The notes beneath the pieces were generated by a model that saw only the letters and a list, made by a program, of their open reading frames with translations, was not told the DNA's origin and made no database searches. The position numbers and the translations under genes were made by a program. Source: Magnetococcales bacterium (GTDB lineage Bacteria; Pseudomonadota; Magnetococcia; Magnetococcales; JADGCH01). From it: a stretch of 39,222 bases of DNA. The stretch's first letter is position 1, and each line of letters begins with the position of its first letter. The stretch covers positions 1-39,222 of the forward strand of contig JADGCM010000002.1 of assembly GCA_015228995.1 (NCBI GenBank), read 5' to 3'. This document shows positions 38,401-39,222 of this stretch, in pieces.

Positions 38401-39222
38401 CGATTCAACGCCAGAAATGGCCAAGCTGTTACTGTTCAGCAGCGAGAGGGTATCTGTCGCCCCAGGGATGCTGATGAGCGAGTCAATGCCACCGGCCAAC
38501 GTGCTACCGCTGGTCAGCAGTGCCACCGTATCGGTCACCCCAGCAACACTGAGGATGGAGTCAATACTGGAAACAGCCATGGCGTTGCTGCTCAACAGCA
38601 CCATGGTGTCGGTAGCACCGGCAGCGCTGATCAGCGAATCAACGCCGCTCACAACTCTGGTGCCACTGGTACGTAAAGTGACAATATCGATACCAGCACT
38701 ACCCAAAATTGTCGCTGCGGCACTGATGTGAACCGCTGACGCCGAAACCAGCTCGATGGTATCGCCACTGGTGCTATTCGGAAGGTAGTCTCCATAGCTG
38801 AGAGAGATTTGCGTCTGCACACCGTTCAACTTATAGGTGGAGGGGTACTCAACCGACTCAACACCGGCAGTCCAAACTTCACTGCCGTCCAACACATAGA
38901 CCGTGTCAACGCCCGCCGAGCCGATGATGGTTTCTACCGCGTTGGCAACATAGATCGTCCCATCCGTCATCATGAAGAGGGTATCCCAGATAGCCGAACC
39001 GACAACAGATTCAACCTGGGAAACCGAGACCATACCGGTGGGGGCCAATACTAGTGTGTCGCTACCGGTCGTACCGATGACACTCTCAACCAATGATGTT
39101 GTCACCGCACTAGGCATCAGCAATGTCAGCGTGTCAACTCCAGTGGAGCCAATCACGCTCTCAACCAACGACGTCGACACGGCACTGGCTGCTAGTATGG
39201 TCAGGGTGTCAGTACCAGCGGA
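26455..39222 (-). CDS. Giant multi-domain adhesin-like surface protein, 5' end outside the window
   Basis: A single frame is open from the TAA at 26455-26457 to the window edge. Codons upstream of the listed start continue the repeat pattern (SAGTDTLTILAASAV). More than a dozen Ig-like modules carry the DLAAADDTGTSNSDNIT..ALTISG..LVLFDDKDNDGVID signature. Other domains are listed separately. Confidence 0.9.
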   Translation of the reverse strand, partial: SAGTDTLTILAASAVSTSLVESVIGSTGVDTLTLLMPSAVTTSLVESVIGTTGSDTLVLAPTGMVSVSQVESVVGSAIWDTLFMMTDGTIYVANAVETIIGSAGVDTVYVLDGSEVWTAGVESVEYPSTYKLNGVQTQISLSYGDYLPNSTSGDTIELVSASAVHISAAATILGSAGIDIVTLRTSGTRVVSGVDSLISAAGATDTMVLLSSNAMAVSSIDSILSVAGVTDTVALLTSGSTLAGGIDSLISIPGATDTLSLLNSNSLAISGVESVISPSGATDTLTLLTSGVAVFFDVDSIISARGATDTVTLLTSQILAVSGVDTLTGTNSTDTVYLLTSSLLATSNIDRIYSNSGVTDTVTLLTGTIVMLSSVDSLISGGGATDTVVLLTSASLSAASVDTIVSRFGATDTVTLLSSRASFYFSVDSIISPNGIVDTINLLTSSSVIVSGVDSVLSHSGVTDTIGLLTSNKITVSSIDSIIGTLSTTDTVVMLTSASMVVNSIDTVVGSAGTDTLTLMTNGIIYVTNIESVVGSSGVDTVIITPGAGVPTLVDIESLVTFTPDTTAPSAPAGLDLAAADDTGTSNSDNITSQTSALTISGTGEVGASLVLFDDKDNDGVIDSGEALTTTSLTAATWSADISLASGSHAIKAVQTDVAGNSSTASTALSVTIGQIYTVISINNFNGHTYKLVHTSEDISWTDAKNQAEAMGGYLATITSSEENKFISSLYNDSSSYYWLGGYQPNPGVGEPNGGWAWVTGESWSYTNWYSGPHSQPDNDGGTEHFLQAVGPSIGFYSSVWGQNSDGYLWNDVSNNSSVKNFILEIGSAFPYVPVSLDLAAADDTGTSNSDNITKNTSALTISGGGGMAGNKLVLFDDKDNDGVIDSGEALVTTSLTAATWSADISLASGTHAIKAVQTDAAGNSSTVSAALTFTLDYTVPTAPTSLDLAAADDSGASDSDNITKNTNALTINGSGGEVGGSLVLFDDKNSNSWVDGGEVLVTTTITAAAWSADISLANGTHSIKAIQTDVAGNSSEASSALAITVQSAVSSPLSFATTVNYAVGGGPRGITSADFNGDGRIDIACATEFDHNVSVLLGQVSGSFAAAVNYAVDSYSLSVTSADFNGDGRIDIVSANRGSASISVLLGQASGGFAAAVNYGVGSQPQSVASADVNGDGRVDIVSANFDSNNVSVLLGQAAGGFAAAANYAVGNNPWGVTSADFNGDGRVDIASTNFNSNDVSVLLSQASGGFAAAANYAVGSSPISVTSADINSDGYLDIVSANWGGGVSVLLGQASGGFAQAVNYAVGGNPCGVTSADINGDGFLDIISANWGSSDVSVLLGQASGGFATAVNYAVGSGPASVTSADFNSDGLLDIVSANVNANSVSVLLSTTSGGFAPPQPTNLDLAAADDTGTSNSDNITSQTSALTISGTGEVGASLVLFNDKDNDGVIDGSEALVTTRLTAAAWSTDISLANGTHAIKAIQTDVAGNSSTASTALSVTVDTTAPSQLGAASTYNALADFSTTSSNTGIWRYGEGKTGNSFLPLGNYNSDSANIYWSSSQGWVDSGLPAVAKKIIAGSGGFFSEWTTNVANNTPGGLLVVHPAGNSTRSDVIIKWVAPATATYNVSSIFALDGGSYTGGVDALIFSNSTQLVQQHVGPRGTFTFEQSLDLQVGDVLLFGVNDAGWGNGDATGFNATITTVNNFLDLAATDDTGASNSDNITSQTSALTISGTGEVGASLVLFDDKDNDGVIDSGEALAITNLTAAAWSADISLTAGTHAIKAIQTDAAGNVSAASAASLQIVVADAFQVSLNASMAFTPGESVLGTDGTDTVIVMNNGSGAMNISGVETVLGASGIETVTLLSSGKSVVSSIDTLISNAGVTDTVALLTGHHVIISNIESLMSVAGATDTVVMLTGGRLTVSQVDSIIGSSANETVTLLTSSKTVVSGVDSLISVSNATDTVTLLTSSAVMTSGINSLIGTTYSADTMTLLTSSVIAVSNIDTLFSANGATDTVTLLTAGVVRMSEVDSLLGSTGADTVALLTGGVIYVTNVENIIGSNGADTVVVLGSSPITALNVESVLYAGIALPTTPTSLDLADVDDSGGDNFDNITKNSNALTISGSGGVSGNKLVLFNDKNNDSVIDNGEALVTTSLTAAAWSADINLAAGTHTIRAIQRNAAGNMSAVSAALTVTVDTTAPATPTVALTNDTGSSANDKISRTGVVTVTGTESSATVQYSTNGSNWSGSFTATTGSNTVYVRQIDTAGNSSVSSTALVFTLDNTAPVAPASLDLATADDSGTSNSDNVTTQTSALTISGSDGEVGTTLVLFDDRNNDGIIDSGEALATTSITGATWSADIALAAGSHAIKAVQTDMAGNGSVASTALTIVVATGGVQSAQFPIQRVSVASDGTQSNGSSYNPILSTDGLFVAFTSDANNLVYGDSNGAPDVFVYDLSLKQTRLVSDGYPRDPSMSADGRLVAFYSDASDLVSGDTNGAVDAFVSDRSTGITVRVSVASDGTQGNGHSGTYSGEDSRTHGSSPSISADGRFVAFSSHASNLVPGDTNFGSDIFVYDRATSTTSRVNISSKGAQSFGGSYNPSISDDGRFVAFASGDYIWDPGLVSGDSNGYADIFVYDRSLYKISRVSTASNGFQSNGHSHELSISGDGRFVAFASSASNLVSDDTNGTTDIFIVSTTTIPIPLALDLAAADDNDISNSDNITFQTSALTISGSGGMAGNKLVLFDDANDNSTIDSDEALATTSLIAATWSADISLVAGTHAIRAIQTDVIGNMSAASSALTVVVQSTNKAPTVSNLSKNGDEDSTITFTTTNFSDKFSDPDSNTLNKIKITSLPSNGTLRLSGAAVTLNQEIVAANLGSLSYAPNSNWSGSDSFGWNGYDGTVYANSAATVTIAVNPVNDAPTVTGFSKNGLSNSALAFTSSDFTDQYSDIEGSGLTKIKITGLPDSGTLQLSSSAVKLDQEITAGNLGNLKLVPVASADSSPSFQWQAFDGSKWSSNAATVNLNFVYSPLSTPTNLALLPSDDSGVVGDGVTNKSSLTVTGSGESGAKVALFDGSSSKGTATITAAGDWSIKLSGLSQGAHTLTAKQLIDGEWSEASPALSVSIDTTAPAAPSNLRYSSSTNEVSGRGESWAILTLFNDSNANGRADEGEVVSEEGLTVNEVGIWSVGIDLPDGKYSFKAIQSDLAGNVSKSLVTLPVTIGSGTITPRPTDLALLPSDDSGFIGDGVTNKTSLTVTGSGESGAKVALFDGSSSKGTATVAAAGDWSVKLSGLSQGAHTLTAKQLVDGEWSEASPELNVIVDSSAPAAPSGLRYSSSSNEVSGKGEAGASLTLFKDGEVFGESIIVDETGNWSSSVALEVGRYNFKATQSDLAGNVSKVSTTLPVTIGSGTTTPTPTDLALLASDDSGVVGDGLTNKSKLTITGSGERGAKVLLFDGDGSKGSATVGATGNWGVSVTGLSQGSHAFTAQQVIDGVNSDLSSVLVIDVDSSAPPAPTGLDLAASSDGGPSDGDNITNVTENLAISGRGEAGSAVILFVDKNKNSKLDSGEIRASGAIVVDEEGNWSGVLATLADGTHTVVASQSDVAGNVSKASAALMITIDTVAPATPTKLDLAAEDDSGSNKSDNITTRTSDLTFSGSGEKGLRVYLFEGEATGIDGALATATVASSGQWTADIAELAVGKHAIRAVQSDLAGNLSPASTALELEIIESVPPPPPTALSLLAGDDSGVVGDGITNKSKGLTFTGDSVAGAKVTLLTEGSAIGSTTANAAGKWSVKLASLAAGAHSFNAQQTTDTGTSGDSEPLTVTIDTSVPTTPTGLQVDGNFSTTPILASGADITIIGSGEDGMTLLLFDDSNKDSKINSGELLATTSIESATWATSVNLFGGSHAIKAIQTNVAGSSSKVSAALAIVVQTPGGFDLANDDDTGPSKIDNITSKSSGLTLSGSAAGAKFVTLFIDGDHFATAAVSRGLWNTDLSLSGGSYSITASQTDSRGNESSPSIPFSLIIDGEAPAAPTDLMIADQEVADSYISNKTAGLVVLGRGEPGASVTLLENKATLGTANVDGEGNWRLTLTKIGNGNHTLTAKQSDVAGNISPLAEQLRVSIDSVAPAAPNGLKFSGSTHIISGNGEAAAVLTLFKDVDNNGRFDPESVDLLVGSDRVATNGKWSIDVAALAIGRHTNLRAIQADAAGNVSKASSALSDITIAAGRLSYTLQSYSGITPVESVFTAGLAFS
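28680..30125 (-). repeat. About 2.5 tandem copies of a ~570-bp two-Ig-domain unit inside the giant gene
   Basis: Units start at T(D/N)LALLPSDDSG(V/F)(V/I)GDGVTNK, at ~30125, ~29540 and ~28975. There are long near-identical DNA runs, for example 29341-29520 versus 29921-30110. Confidence 0.8.
30140..30805 (-). other. Two cadherin-like units of ~105 aa each in the giant protein
   Basis: NKAPTVSNLSKNGDEDSTITF...IKITSLPSNGTLRLSGAAV...TVTIAVNPVNDAPTVTGFSKNG...IKITGLPDSGTLQLSSSAV. Confidence 0.6.
31140..32030 (-). other. PD40/TolB-like repeat segment of the giant protein
   Basis: Five units of the form SxSxDGRFVAFxSxASNLVxGDTNGxxDIFVYDR. Confidence 0.6.
32960..33790 (-). repeat. Array 2 of 26-residue repeats inside the giant gene
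   Basis: IDTLISNAGVTDTVALLTGHHVIISN, IESLMSVAGATDTVVMLTGGRLTVSQ ... VENIIGSNGADTVVVLGSSPITALN. Confidence 0.8.
34110..34690 (-). other. Unassigned ~190-aa domain segment of the giant protein
   Basis: STYNALADFSTTSSNTGIWRYGEGKTGNSFLPLGNY...LLVVHPAGNSTRSDVIIKWVAPATATYNVSSIFALDGG...LQVGDVLLFGVNDAGWGNGDATGFNATI. Lower GC than the flanks. I recognise no family. Confidence 0.5.
35030..36060 (-). other. Seven-blade FG-GAP/VCBS-type beta-propeller segment of the giant protein
   Basis: Seven consecutive ~49-aa units: GFAAAVNYAVGxxPxxVTSADFNGDGRxDIVSANxxSxxVSVLLGQASG. Confidence 0.75.
36740..37200 (-). other. C-type lectin-like domain segment of the giant protein
   Basis: FNGHTYKLVHTSEDISWTDAKNQAEAMGGYLATITSSEENKFISSL...YWLGGYQ...GGWAWVTGESWSYTNW...WNDVSNNS. 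This DNA is visibly lower in GC than the flanking repeats. Confidence 0.7.
37555..39222 (-). repeat. Array 1 of 26-residue (78-bp) repeats inside the giant gene
   Basis: Units such as VDSLISAAGATDTMVLLSSNAMAVSS, IDSILSVAGVTDTVALLTSGSTLAGG and VDSIISARGATDTVTLLTSQILAVSG. The array continues past the window edge. Confidence 0.8.

Noticed and set aside
26559-39054. Many long ORFs antisense to, or in alternative frames of, the giant gene. Examples: 28268..30139 + (623 aa), 27350..28222 +, 35151..36188 -, 30647..31249 +, 33578..34201 +.
   Set aside because: They lie entirely inside one continuous 12.8-kb frame that has clear domain content. Their translations are low-complexity L/S/P/A/V strings that mirror the repeat periodicity. 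They are artefacts of stop-poor repetitive GC-rich DNA.

Overview
Chromosomal window from a Gram-negative bacterium. It has four parts.

(1) 1-11449, + strand: a polysaccharide locus that looks like an O-antigen or D-rhamnan type. It contains:
- an ABC-2 (Wzm-like) permease cut by the window edge, followed by a transposase-tail remnant;
- two FkbM methyltransferases, a TPR-methyltransferase and a NodU/CmcH carbamoyltransferase;
- a 1094-aa GT4-TPR-GT9 fusion protein;
- gmd, an rmd-like reductase and a DUF4254-like protein.

(2) 11429-18208: housekeeping genes. These are a MopB molybdopterin oxidoreductase, erpA, an alpha/beta hydrolase, cobO, a FecCD/BtuC-type permease, hldD and a GT-A-like glycosyltransferase.

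(3) 18195-23135: a visibly A/T-rich integrative element of about 4.9 kb.
- It is bounded by a perfect 14-bp direct repeat that coincides with the first five codons of the glycosyltransferase gene.
- It carries only a P4-type integrase and a VapE-family protein.
- The remaining ~2 kb is essentially ORF-free DNA packed with modular direct repeats, conserved hairpins and consensus promoters.

(4) 23220-39222, - strand:
- gltX, directly followed by a DegT-fold protein that lacks the catalytic lysine;
- a DUF3782-type PD-(D/E)XK protein;
- the 3' 12.8 kb of a giant adhesin-like gene (more than 4250 codons visible, 5' end outside the window). It combines Ig-like modules, 26-residue repeats, a C-type lectin, a seven-blade FG-GAP propeller, PD40 repeats and cadherin-like units.

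Five copies of a GC-rich REP/MITE-like palindromic element lie in intergenic gaps. No tRNA, rRNA or CRISPR array was seen. All assignments come from reading the translations and sequence by eye. No database search was run.
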